A DNA stretch of 63,015 nt from Nitrospirota bacterium (GCA_046704425.1 JBJKRX010000050.1:1-63015), one strand, 5' to 3'; shown: positions 11,725 through 20,204, counted from the stretch's first letter. Numbers and translations: made by a program. Notes: a model not told the origin generated them from the letters alone.

Positions 11725-11979
11725 ATGCACGGGGTCAATACGAAGAATACGGGATCTTCCCTGCCGGCTTCGGCGACGCGGCTCGCCGTTATTGCAGCGC
11801 TGCTCGTTCTGACCGCCGGTTCGGGATGCGCACAGATCGCCTATGACAGCCTCCAGAACAGTCAGTCCCTGAACTGCCAACAGATCCAGAGCACCTCCGA
11901 CCGGAACGAGTGCCTGCAGCGCTCGAACATGCGGTATGATGAGTACGAGCGCCAGCGGACCGGCCGGAATGCCGATTGA
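11725..11979 (+). CDS. Small hypothetical lipoprotein
   Basis: Track ORF 11704..11979(+). Signal peptide plus lipobox LVLTAGSGC. GGAAGGAAGG precedes ATG 11725. Mature part is Cys/Gln-rich (NCQQIQSTSDRNECLQ). No family recognised. Confidence 0.55.
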   Translation: MHGVNTKNTGSSLPASATRLAVIAALLVLTAGSGCAQIAYDSLQNSQSLNCQQIQSTSDRNECLQRSNMRYDEYERQRTGRNAD

Positions 11980-12084
11980 TTGGCCGCACGATTAACGCTC
12001 CCCGGTATGCGTATTCACCGAAGGGAGCGGCGGAAACCAGGTGCGAAGCATCGTCGTTGTGCCTGTCGTATGCGGAGGTCGGAT

Positions 12085-12480
12085 ATGCCCGCAGAACATG
12101 CCGTCGATACGCATAACCGGATCATCATCACGACCTGGACCGGCGAGGTCGTCGACAACGACCTCGTCAAGGCGCTTTCCGACTACCACCTCACGCTCCG
12201 GGGCAAGGCCTCCTATGCGTCGTTCGATGAGATCGTGGACTTCTCCCAGGCGAGCCACTACCATTTAAGCATCAGCGGCATTCAACGCCTCGTGGAGATC
12301 GCTGCCGCCACTGATGTCCCGGGCACGAGAACCAAGCTTGCCTTCGTGGTCAAGGCGCCGGTTGCGTACGGCCTGGCCCGCATGTATCAAACGTATCGCA
12401 GCCTCATCCCGGCCGGCTCGAAGATCCTGCGCATCTTCCGGACCTACGACGAAGCCCTTCGCTGGGTCGTGACGCGCTGA
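12085..12480 (+). CDS. Hypothetical protein (about 130 aa, family not recognised)
   Basis: Track ORF 11980..12480(+). GGAGG upstream of ATG 12085. Sequence composition looks coding. No diagnostic motif. Confidence 0.5.
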   Translation: MPAEHAVDTHNRIIITTWTGEVVDNDLVKALSDYHLTLRGKASYASFDEIVDFSQASHYHLSISGIQRLVEIAAATDVPGTRTKLAFVVKAPVAYGLARMYQTYRSLIPAGSKILRIFRTYDEALRWVVTR

Positions 12481-12489
12481 AGGCAACGG

Positions 12490-13266
12490 ATGGAGAAGAG
12501 GAAAATAGGAGAGCGGCTCCTGAAGCGATCATCCCCATACCGGACTGGCCCTCCCGGGATCCCCCGGCACGGGTCGCAGCGAGGGCGACGGAGCGCGCGG
12601 CTGGTCGGACTTGCTCTCGTGTTGGTTCTGTTGCTCGCGATCCCCTGTTCCGCGGCGCACTGGCAATCCTTGTACACCACGTCCGACGGGATTCAGATAT
12701 TCAAGAATGACGCGGGCAAAGGCGGCCTGATCGCGTTCCGGGGCATCGGCATCGTGAACGCGCCGCTGCCCCGGGTGGCTACGGTCATCTTCGACACGCG
12801 CAGACGACGGGAATGGATAAAGGGACTTGCCGAATCACGGATCCTCCGCTGGGAGGGAAAGGACCGGTTCATCGAGTACGACCATGTCGCCATGCCGATC
12901 TTTTTTTCGGACCGCGACTTTGTGTCGCAGATCCGCATGCACTTCGATCGATCCCGAAACGAGCTGATCTTCCACTACCAGCCCGCAGACGACCCCGCCG
13001 CTCCGCACACGTCCTACCTGCGCGGCGAAATGATCGACATGACGTTCCTGCTCAGCCCCCTCGCTCACGGTACGCAGACGAGGGTCGACGCCCGGTTCCT
13101 GTGCGATCCGAAGGGATGGATACCCGACTGGCTGGACAATTTCTTTCTCCGGGACTGGCCGAAGGTCACGTTCAGGAATTTGCGCACAGAAGTCCGAAAG
13201 CCCGACATCTCGGTCGCTCCGCACATCTTTGATCTGCTGCATTCCGATCCCGCGAACGGAAACTGA
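12490..13266 (+). CDS. Secreted START/SRPBCC-like lipid-binding domain protein
   Basis: 258-aa ORF. Signal-like LVGLALVLVLLLAIPCSAA. WQSLYTTSDGIQIFKN ... REWIKG ... DRDFV ... CDPKGWIPDWL resembles START-domain proteins. Confidence 0.55.
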   Translation: MEKRKIGERLLKRSSPYRTGPPGIPRHGSQRGRRSARLVGLALVLVLLLAIPCSAAHWQSLYTTSDGIQIFKNDAGKGGLIAFRGIGIVNAPLPRVATVIFDTRRRREWIKGLAESRILRWEGKDRFIEYDHVAMPIFFSDRDFVSQIRMHFDRSRNELIFHYQPADDPAAPHTSYLRGEMIDMTFLLSPLAHGTQTRVDARFLCDPKGWIPDWLDNFFLRDWPKVTFRNLRTEVRKPDISVAPHIFDLLHSDPANGN

Positions 13267-13353
13267 AGAAACCGGTCGCTCAATTCGTGGCCGCGTGATT
13301 CGATGCCTTGCGCGGAGAACAATGTCTTCACGCGTTGTCAAAAGGAGGAATCG

Positions 13354-13656
13354 ATGCGGAATCAGCGACTCGCCGGTGGGGTGCTCATTGCCGTGCTTCT
13401 TGCGGCAACGCCGGGCATGGCATATCCGGGCGTCGATGCAGGCCTGGCTGCGATACGCGCTGGTGCGTACGGCGCCGCCTTCCGGGATTTTCACAGTGCG
13501 GCAAAGCACGGGAGCACGGCGGCGGATAGGGCGATGGGGACGCGGCGTTTTTGCTCGGATATATGTATCGAGGCGGCAAAGTGGTTCCGCAAGGCAGCGG
13601 CCCAGGGCGATACTGAGGCGAAACAGCACCTCGCACTGTTGCGATTCCCCGCCTGA
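13354..13656 (+). CDS. Short Sel1/TPR-like repeat protein with signal peptide
   Basis: Track ORF 13303..13656(+). AGGAGG upstream of ATG 13354. Signal LAGGVLIAVLLAATPGMA. One clear Sel1-like unit AAKWFRKAAAQGDTEAKQHLA. Confidence 0.5.
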   Translation: MRNQRLAGGVLIAVLLAATPGMAYPGVDAGLAAIRAGAYGAAFRDFHSAAKHGSTAADRAMGTRRFCSDICIEAAKWFRKAAAQGDTEAKQHLALLRFPA

Positions 13657-13659
13657 CAC

Positions 13660-13705
13660 GGAGGTCCGGCCAGGAGACCGGCCCGGAAGCCGTATGCGGA
13701 CCTCC
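13660..13705 (+). terminator. Stem-loop after the Sel1-like gene (no U-tract)
   Basis: GGAGGTCCG (13660-13668) pairs with CGGACCTCC (13697-13705). It starts 4 nt after the stop codon. Confidence 0.3.
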
Positions 13706-13775
13706 CGGGCAGGGCGCCGGCGGGTATACTTAATCGTATGAGGTGAAGATCGCCTCGTACGAAAGGAGCGCTGCT

Positions 13776-14633
13776 ATGATCGTCGTTACTGGAGCCACCG
13801 GCCAGTTGGGCCGTCTGGTCATCGAAGCGTTGCTCAAGAACATCCCGGCTTCCGATATCGTTGCGGCAGTGCGGAATCCGGAAAAGGCGCAGAATCTCGC
13901 GTCATGGGGCGTTCAGGTGCGGATCGCGGATTACAACGAACCGCAGGCCTGGGATGCGGCGCTAGCGGGCGCGGACAGGGTGCTCCTGATCTCTGCGAAC
14001 GAGATCGGCCAGCGCGCGCGGCAGCACCGTTCGGTCATCGACGCCGCCAAGCGCTCGGCAGTGCGGCTTCTGGCCTACACCAGCGTCCTGCACGCGGACA
14101 CGTCCCCGCTCGCCCTTGCCGCGGAGCACCGGGAGACCGAAGCGTACCTCCGCGCATCCGGCATTCCGTATGTGCTGCTGCGGAACGGCTGGTATACCGA
14201 GAACTATACCGCGGGCGTGGCCGGCGTGGTGGCTGCCGGGACACTCTACGGCTGCGCAGGCGACGGCCGCACCGCCACGGCTGCACGCGCGGACTATGCA
14301 GAGGCGGCCGCGCGCGTCCTGCTCGCACCGGAGCAGGCAGGCCGGATCTACGAGCTTGCCGGCGATACCGCATATACGCATGCGGAGCTGGCGGCAGAGA
14401 TCGGCCGCCAGACAGGCAAGCAGCTCGGATACGTCGATCTCACGGAGGCCGGGTACCGCGATGCGCTCCGGAAAGCGGGACTGCCGGATCCGGTTGCCGC
14501 GTTGATCGCCGATTCCGACGCGGCTGTGGCGCGGGGCGCGCTGTTCGACGACGGCCGCCAGTTGAGCAGGCTCATCAACAACCCGACGACGCCGATGGCG
14601 GAGAGTGTTGCGGAGGCGCTGCGGAAGCTGTAA
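13776..14633 (+). CDS. NmrA-like / NAD(P)H-binding SDR family oxidoreductase (YtfG/QorB-like)
   Basis: Track ORF 13743..14633(+). MIVVTGATGQLGRLV Rossmann motif. GAAAGGAG upstream of ATG 13776. Confidence 0.75.
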   Translation: MIVVTGATGQLGRLVIEALLKNIPASDIVAAVRNPEKAQNLASWGVQVRIADYNEPQAWDAALAGADRVLLISANEIGQRARQHRSVIDAAKRSAVRLLAYTSVLHADTSPLALAAEHRETEAYLRASGIPYVLLRNGWYTENYTAGVAGVVAAGTLYGCAGDGRTATAARADYAEAAARVLLAPEQAGRIYELAGDTAYTHAELAAEIGRQTGKQLGYVDLTEAGYRDALRKAGLPDPVAALIADSDAAVARGALFDDGRQLSRLINNPTTPMAESVAEALRKL

Positions 14634-14730
14634 GGACCTCGCGGGGCCCGGGACCGGTCGGTCCCGTACGCCGGGCCTCGGGAGCGGCCCGGCGCGTGTC
14701 CGGTGTCTGTTGTGCTCGTGCAGTGCAGTG

Positions 14731-14961
14731 CTCGTGACCGTGCGGGGAGAGATCGTGGACCGTGCAGCGGGCCTGCGCGCGATCTTCGACGCCCTGAAAC
14801 CCGGCGGGATCCTGTCCGTGACCGAGGTGGTCTTTGACCCGCATTTTCAAGGCCAGGGAACGGTGCTCCGGCTCGCCGCGGGCGTCGGCTTCCGGAAAAG
14901 GGCGTTCTTCGGGAATCGGTTCGCCTTTACGCTGCACCTGGAAAAGCCCGCAAACCCGTAG
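14731..14961 (+). pseudogene. C-terminal remnant of a class I SAM-dependent methyltransferase
   Basis: Tail of track ORF 14605..14961(+): LVTVRGEIVDRAAGLRAIFDALKPGGILSVTEVVFDPHFQ...GFRKRAFFGNRFAFTLHLEKP resembles the post-motif-II half of small MTases. No GxGxG SAM-binding motif or credible N-terminus lies upstream. Confidence 0.5.
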
Positions 14962-15131
14962 CGCGACACTCCCGGACCGGGATTCTCGTGTCTGGCTTCG
15001 CGCAAGCGTGGTAAGGAAGGGATGAAGTGAGTATCGAGAAAGGCGACAAGGTGCGGCTCTGCATCATCGCCGCCGTGGCGGCCGCGGCCCTGCTCCTGTG
15101 GCTCGCGGGCCGGTAGCGGCTGCCGTGCCGC

Positions 15132-16199
15132 TTAATTGAACATCAGCTTCCGCTCGAGGTCCTTCGAGCGGGAGATGCGCTTCGCCTCGTCGAGCGTGAT
15201 GAGCTCCTTCCGGCACAGCTCGATGAGGTGCTGGTCCAGGGACTGCATCCCGTACTCGTCGTGTCCCTTCTCGATGTGCTGCTCGATCTCGTCGAGCTTA
15301 TTGTCCCGGATGCAGGCCTTGATCGTGGACGTGGCGTACATCACCTCCAGGACCGGCAGGACCGACTCGTTGTCCTTTCCCCGCACCAGCCGGATGGAGA
15401 TCACGGCCATCAGGCTCTCCGCCAGTCGCTGCCGGGCGTTCTCCTGCGCCTCGGGCGAGAAGTACCCGACGATCCGGTTGACCGACGACGCGGTATTGTG
15501 CGTGTGCAGCGTGGACAGGACCAGGTGCCCGGTCTCGGCGGCCTTCACGCAGGCGTCGATGGTGTCCAGGTCGCGCATCTCCCCCACCATGATCACGTCG
15601 GGGTTCATGCGCATCGCGGACCGCAGGGCCACGCTGAAACCGTCCGTATCGATGCCCACCTCGCGCTGGATGATGCAGCTCTTGGCCGACGTGAACAGAA
15701 ACTCGATGGGATCCTCGATGGTGATGATATTGTAATCGAAGGTCTCGTTGATGTACCGCATCATCGATGCGAGCGTCGTGGATTTGCCGTTGCCCGTCGG
15801 CCCGGTGACAAGGACCAGGCCGTTCGGCACCTGCGCGATCCTGCCGAGCACCGACGGCAGGTTCAGCTCCTCGAAGGTGCCGATCTTGTGGGGGATGACC
15901 CGCATGACGACGCCGAGATTGCCGCGCTGCCGGAAGATGCTCACGCGGAACCGCCCGGCGTTCGCCAGGGTGTAGGAGGTGTCGAGCTCCTTCAGGTCCT
16001 CGGGCAGCTTGCGCTTGTGCTGTTCCAGGACCGTCTTGGCCACGAATTCGGCGTCCTGCTTCGTCAGGGCCGGGAGCTTGGCACGGATGAGATGGCCGCG
16101 CGCCCGGAACAGGGGGGGGTCATCCACCTCGAAGTGGATGTCCGAAACCTTCTTCTCGAAGGCGATGTTCAGGATCTGGTTCAGCATCGCGTTGTCCAT
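15132..16199 (-). CDS. pilT: Type IV pilus retraction ATPase PilT
   Basis: Track ORF 15132..16220(-). MDNAMLNQILNIAFEKKVSDIHF, Walker A GPTGNGKST, IITIEDPIEF, VGEMRD, TGHLVLSTLHT. Start taken at ATG 16199 (PilT-like N-terminus, GGGAGGG upstream). Confidence 0.9.
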   Translation of the reverse strand: MDNAMLNQILNIAFEKKVSDIHFEVDDPPLFRARGHLIRAKLPALTKQDAEFVAKTVLEQHKRKLPEDLKELDTSYTLANAGRFRVSIFRQRGNLGVVMRVIPHKIGTFEELNLPSVLGRIAQVPNGLVLVTGPTGNGKSTTLASMMRYINETFDYNIITIEDPIEFLFTSAKSCIIQREVGIDTDGFSVALRSAMRMNPDVIMVGEMRDLDTIDACVKAAETGHLVLSTLHTHNTASSVNRIVGYFSPEAQENARQRLAESLMAVISIRLVRGKDNESVLPVLEVMYATSTIKACIRDNKLDEIEQHIEKGHDEYGMQSLDQHLIELCRKELITLDEAKRISRSKDLERKLMFN

Positions 16200-16306
16200 G
16201 ACGCCTTGGTCCCTCCCCATTCTCCCGTCGATGGTGCCGACCTGCGCGGCCGTCGGCGGGTCTTTTCTCTCTCCCTGATCCGTTGCAGATCGGCGTTGCC
16301 CCGCCC

Positions 16307-18106
16307 TTATGACTTCTTCGCCGCCCGTGCCGCCTGCCTGCGGAACACCGCGTATTCCAGGACGATGCCGACCTGCTGGGCGAGGATCTCGAGCAGGTCG
16401 AGCTGCACCGGGGACGCCTCCTTCTGTCCGAAATCCCCGTATACCACGGCCACGATCTTGCGCTCGCTCTTCACCGGCAGCAGAAGCACGGCCGGGCTTC
16501 GGGGGGCCCCGATCGCCCGGAAGAGTCCCTTCAGTGCCTCATCGCTGCTCTCGCCGTAGAAGGCCTCCCCTTTTTCGAGCACCTCCCGGAAGATCGACGG
16601 CTGCGCAAGCGCTACCTGGTGACTGCCTGCCTGCGTCGGCCCCATGCTCTTTTCGGCGCTCACGCCGATGGCGCTTTCGCCGATCAACGCCGCGGGCGAC
16701 GGCTGGACCAGGAACATGATGGCCCGCTCGAAGGTATCGGCGACCGCGGCGAGGATCACGAGTGCCGCGTCCGAGGGGCTGGTCATGTCGCGCAGCACCT
16801 GGAGGTCCTCTTTCAGCTTTTTCAGGTACCGCTCCGTCGTGTCGGGGCGGTACTGGAACTCCCGCACATAGGACCGGAAGGAATGGAGGAACCGGATGGT
16901 ATCGGCGACGAAGCTTTCCCGCCCCTCCTCTTTCTCCGGTTTGGGGAAGACGGCCCGGACGCCGTCGTCGTAGGATTGCAGGACGAAGGCGCTCTCCCGG
17001 GGAGCGGCGAACTGCAGGAGCGGGACCGCAGGGTACGTAGCCCGCACCGTGCCCCGCAGGGCGACGATCTTCTCCTCGGGCAATCCGCCCGCGGCCGCGG
17101 GGCTGTCGAACACGACGAGCGGCATGCGCATGGCGCCCAGGCATTGCGACACCAGCCGCTCGAGCTCCGGTTCGTCCTCCGTGGCGAAGACCGGCACCCC
17201 CACGTCGTTGCAGAGGGTCATGACCGCGTGCTGGAGCAGCCGGTCGGCGCTATACAGGACGACCGCCTTGTCCGCCTGCTGCGGCGCACCCGGCGCGGCC
17301 TTGCGGTCGCCGGACCGCCGCAGGAACGAGACGAACGCCTCCTGGTCTTCGGGAGAGCAGTCCGCAAGGAGCTCCTTGATCTTCTGGCGATGGATCGCGA
17401 CCGGATCGAAGAGCTCCATGTCCGCGACGGGCCGGGGGATCTTCTTCTCGAGCTTATCGAGGTCGGCGAGCCCGAGCACGTCCGCGGTGATGGCTGCGTG
17501 CCCGCCTTTGGGTTTGCCGCCGCCCGCCTCGGGCAGCACGTCGGCATAAAGCTCCTCGAAGGACGGCACCGCCTTGCCCTTCTCGCGGTCCCGCTCCCGC
17601 TCGTCGAAGACACGCAACGCGTCCATCAGGACCATTTGGGCGTCGATCCCCACGTCCTGCTCCGCGTCGCCGAAGGCCGCCCCGGCCCCGGGTGAGAAAA
17701 CGGAGGTTTCCGTGTCGAAGGTAAAGGTCCCCTTTTTCCAGCTCATCAACTCGACGATGGTCAGTTCCACCAGCTTCTTGAGCCCCCGCAGGGCGTCTTC
17801 CCGCTTGAGCTTGCCCATCTGCATCAGCGTGACCAGGAGCGGGGTATGCTCCGCAGCCGCGTTCTTCGTTGCGTCCAGCGCCACCTTGAGATCGTCCAGG
17901 GTGATGGCGCCCGTCTTTACCAGAACGGTTCCGATGCGGATGCTGTCGTCGAGATGGTTCGCGCCGACGATCACCCCGTTGCTGAAAACGAGCGAGCTCG
18001 TCCCCTTGTCCGCAGCCACGGAAAAGACGCCCGACTTCCGCGTCGTATGGACCAGTTGGATGATGTCGACGATGGGCAGGTGTTCCAGATCTCCGGTAAA
18101 CGCCAT
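16307..18106 (-). CDS. DUF4388 - receiver-like - GAF-like multidomain protein
   Basis: Track ORF 16307..18136(-). N-terminus FTGDLEHLPIVDIIQLVHTTRKSGVFSV...GVIVGA matches DUF4388. Central CheY-like block (VVLYSAD...LVVFDSP). C-terminal ~150 aa are GAF-like (IMFLVQ ... LLLPVKSERKIVAVVYGD). Confidence 0.7.
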   Translation of the reverse strand: MAFTGDLEHLPIVDIIQLVHTTRKSGVFSVAADKGTSSLVFSNGVIVGANHLDDSIRIGTVLVKTGAITLDDLKVALDATKNAAAEHTPLLVTLMQMGKLKREDALRGLKKLVELTIVELMSWKKGTFTFDTETSVFSPGAGAAFGDAEQDVGIDAQMVLMDALRVFDERERDREKGKAVPSFEELYADVLPEAGGGKPKGGHAAITADVLGLADLDKLEKKIPRPVADMELFDPVAIHRQKIKELLADCSPEDQEAFVSFLRRSGDRKAAPGAPQQADKAVVLYSADRLLQHAVMTLCNDVGVPVFATEDEPELERLVSQCLGAMRMPLVVFDSPAAAGGLPEEKIVALRGTVRATYPAVPLLQFAAPRESAFVLQSYDDGVRAVFPKPEKEEGRESFVADTIRFLHSFRSYVREFQYRPDTTERYLKKLKEDLQVLRDMTSPSDAALVILAAVADTFERAIMFLVQPSPAALIGESAIGVSAEKSMGPTQAGSHQVALAQPSIFREVLEKGEAFYGESSDEALKGLFRAIGAPRSPAVLLLPVKSERKIVAVVYGDFGQKEASPVQLDLLEILAQQVGIVLEYAVFRRQAARAAKKS

Positions 18107-18192
18107 GGCAATACCAGTCCCTTTCGGCGTGCGCACCAGCCGGGCGTGCGGGTATCTCAGGAGCGATTGCAGCGGGAATCCTGACAGCGGGT

Positions 18193-18221
18193 ATTATAGT
18201 ATGGCGGGACACGAGAATCAA
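18193..18221 (-). promoter_or_regulatory. sigma70-like promoter for the DUF4388-pilT operon
   Basis: Minus strand reads TTGATT (rc of 18216-18221), 17-nt spacer, TATAAT (rc of 18193-18198). Confidence 0.5.
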
Positions 18222-18269
18222 GAGCGCTTCTCGTCCTTCGGGCGGAGCGGCCGGGGCGTCGCAAGGGCA

Positions 18270-18306
18270 CGACGAGGGCCGGGGCGAACGGCCCCGGCCC
18301 TCGTCG
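18270..18306 (-). terminator. Perfect 16-bp GC-rich hairpin downstream of the LTXXQ gene
   Basis: CGACGAGGGCCGGGGC (18270-18285) pairs with GCCCCGGCCCTCGTCG (18291-18306) with a 5-nt loop, 23 nt after the stop at 18329. No clear U-tract. Confidence 0.5.
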
Positions 18307-18328
18307 TACACAGCGGGCATCAGCACAC

Positions 18329-18766
18329 TTACCAGCGATGGCACCGCTTCATATGCTTGTCCAGATCCTCCACCAGCTTGCTGCGCTGCGCCGGGGTGAG
18401 GAGATCGTGGAGCTCCGCGAACCGGTCCATTACGAACCCGACCAGCTCGTCCGCGTGCTCCTGGATCTTTTTCGTGCGCGCGGCAAGCCGTGCCTTGTCG
18501 ATCTGCGGGCTCAGCATCATCGCCTTGAGATCGGCAAAGGACTCCTGCCGCATCTTCTCCATTTCCGGCCGCCTCGCGAGGAATTCCTGCTTCATGCTTT
18601 CGAGCTTTGCGGTCTGGGCTGCGTTTAGCTGCAGCGCGGAGGTAAGGTGTTGGACGATGTTTTCCGCCCGCGCCTCGGACGTTCTATGATGGTGGCATCC
18701 TGCCGTCACCAGTGCGCCGAGGAGCCCGAACAGCCCGATGATCTGAACTACGTGTTTTTTTCTCAT
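18329..18766 (-). CDS. Periplasmic LTXXQ-motif (Spy/CpxP/ZraP/CnrX-like) lipoprotein
   Basis: 145-aa ORF. Lipobox LVTAGC followed by HHH. Helical repeats with LNAAQTAKL and LTPAQRSKL (LTXXQ). C-terminal HMKRCHRW. Confidence 0.7.
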   Translation of the reverse strand: MRKKHVVQIIGLFGLLGALVTAGCHHHRTSEARAENIVQHLTSALQLNAAQTAKLESMKQEFLARRPEMEKMRQESFADLKAMMLSPQIDKARLAARTKKIQEHADELVGFVMDRFAELHDLLTPAQRSKLVEDLDKHMKRCHRW

Positions 18767-18778
18767 GCCCTTCTCCTT

Positions 18779-19177
18779 TCACTCTTTCCTGCCCTCGCAG
18801 TATCTCCGGAATGCCTCCCTGCCCTCAGCCTCCCACCACGCGTCATAGTATCGCCAGTCCTTGATCCGGTCGTTTGCATCCGCGCCACCGCACCCGCCGC
18901 CGTGGGCCCAGTGATTCCGGCCGTGCCATCTGCCGCATCCCGGCCGCATGCCCCGAATCCCGAAGAGGAGCCTGGCGAGCACGATCATACCCACGGCCTG
19001 GAGGTACGTAACCGCGTGCAGATTGAACACCGCCGGCGCCAGCCAGTTCCAGAGCAGTTTGACGACCAGCCCGAAGACGAGGGCGAAGAGGAGGCCGATC
19101 ACGATCCCGCGCGCGATCCTGCCCGCGATCCACGAACCTTTTCCGCGGCAGAGGTGTGCCTTTTTGTCTTTTTCCAT
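18779..19177 (-). CDS. Small membrane protein with Cys/His-rich tail (putative anti-sigma partner)
   Basis: 132-aa ORF. Two hydrophobic segments (IARGIVIGLLFALVFGLVV, YLQAVGMIVLARLLF), then GCGRWHGRNHWAHGGGCGG and WRYYDAWWE. Sits between the ECF sigma gene and the LTXXQ gene with 12-16 nt gaps. Confidence 0.55.
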   Translation of the reverse strand: MEKDKKAHLCRGKGSWIAGRIARGIVIGLLFALVFGLVVKLLWNWLAPAVFNLHAVTYLQAVGMIVLARLLFGIRGMRPGCGRWHGRNHWAHGGGCGGADANDRIKDWRYYDAWWEAEGREAFRRYCEGRKE

Positions 19178-19193
19178 AAAGGATACTCCTTTC

Positions 19194-19742
19194 CTAGTCT
19201 TTTTTCAGGTCCGCCAAGGCCTTTTGCAGCGCAGCGTTCGCCCGGTGCTTCCTTGCCAGGAGCGTGCCCACGGGCGTACCCCAGGCTTCCGCCAGTTCCC
19301 GATAGGAGCTGCCTTCGCACTCCGTCGCGATCCAGATTGCGCGTTGCTTGGGCTCCAGGGCATTCAAGGCCTCGAGGAGCCGCTCCCGGATCTCCCCGGC
19401 CTCGATCTCCGCGGTCATGTCGTAGCGGGGCTCCGGGATGGCATCGTGCGGAGAAGCGTCATCTGCGTCCTGTCGCGTCGCCTCGAAGGAGACGGTCTTC
19501 TTCCGCCTGCGGAGATAGTCGACAGCCCGGTTCCTGACTGCCTGGTAGATGTAGGCTGTGGCGTTCTCCACGCGCGCCAGGACCTCGGACCGTTCGAGCA
19601 GGTCTACCATCAGGTCGCTTACCAGGTCCTCCACCTCCATCGCCGAAAGGTCCGCGTAGCTTGCCTGGAAGTAGCCGACCAGCTTCCGGTACTTTGCAGC
19701 GAAAAACCCGCCCACCTCGGACTTCCCGATTCTCTCGTTCAT
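19194..19742 (-). CDS. ECF-type RNA polymerase sigma-70 family factor
   Basis: 182-aa ORF. Region 2 (DLVSDLMVDLL, YIYQAVRNRAVDYLRRR) and region 4 HTH (SYRELAEAWGTPVGTLLARKHRA). Confidence 0.8.
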   Translation of the reverse strand: MNERIGKSEVGGFFAAKYRKLVGYFQASYADLSAMEVEDLVSDLMVDLLERSEVLARVENATAYIYQAVRNRAVDYLRRRKKTVSFEATRQDADDASPHDAIPEPRYDMTAEIEAGEIRERLLEALNALEPKQRAIWIATECEGSSYRELAEAWGTPVGTLLARKHRANAALQKALADLKKD

Positions 19743-19940
19743 CGATTGGAAATTCTCGTTTCCTCGTCTGGGGAAGAGACGAATAACGAAGGTCGTTTAT
19801 TGCAGGGAAAAATCTTTTTTTCAGTGTCGATTCGGCCCGGTCTTTTCCGTACAGCCCTGCGACCCCTGCGCGGATCGGATGAGCAATCATAGCGTAACCG
19901 AAAATCTGCGGAAATATTATACTGGTGGGCGGACCTCGCC

Positions 19941-20105
19941 ATGCGCCAACCCGTGAAGCGAATTCTCAAGGCCGCGATCCTCGGCGCCTGTGCGCCAGGG
20001 GCCGAGTTTCAGATGCTTTCCCGGTATAAGGCGGAAAAACTGAGTGCAGGACAGGTGCGACGATTTGCGCGAAAGGTGAAGCGAACGGTGAAAAAATGGA
20101 GATGA
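19941..20105 (+). CDS. 54-codon ORF carrying repeat copy A (MRQPVKRILKAAILGACAPGAEFQMLSRYKAEKLSAGQVRRFARKVKRTVKKWR)
   Basis: Read by hand (below the track length cutoff). ATG 19941, TGA 20103-20105. Its 3' 136 nt (19965-20100) recur in diverged form at 20932-21066, with many synonymous-type differences. Confidence 0.35.
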   Translation: MRQPVKRILKAAILGACAPGAEFQMLSRYKAEKLSAGQVRRFARKVKRTVKKWR

Positions 20106-20131
20106 ACGGCACGGTTTTGCCTAAAAAATAC

Positions 20132-20182
20132 GTGACAGGGCGACCTTTCCCTGGTAGAGTATATTGTACAATTTGTACAATT
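20132..20182 (+). promoter_or_regulatory. Promoter plus tandem TGTACA operator of the toxin-antitoxin operon
   Basis: GTGACA (20132-20137), 17-nt spacer, TAGAGT (20155-20160). It is followed directly by ATTGTACAATTTGTACAATT, with palindromic TGTACA at 20165-20170 and 20174-20179. Confidence 0.5.
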
Positions 20183-20204
20183 CTGAGCTCGACGAGGACC
20201 TGCC

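Noticed and set aside
15027-15116. 29-codon GTG ORF encoding a single hydrophobic helix (VSIEKGDKVRLCIIAAVAAAALLLWLAGR)
   Set aside because: Too short, with weak start context and no conservation evidence available. It could be a small membrane peptide, but the sequence alone cannot support it.
19743-19940. Autoregulated ECF-type promoter (GGAAC-N16/17-CGT) upstream of the ECF sigma gene
   Set aside because: The only AAC...CGTC pair I could find (in TGCAATAAACGACCTTCGTTATTCGTCTC on the minus strand) has a 13-nt spacer, too short for the usual ECF geometry. No call made.
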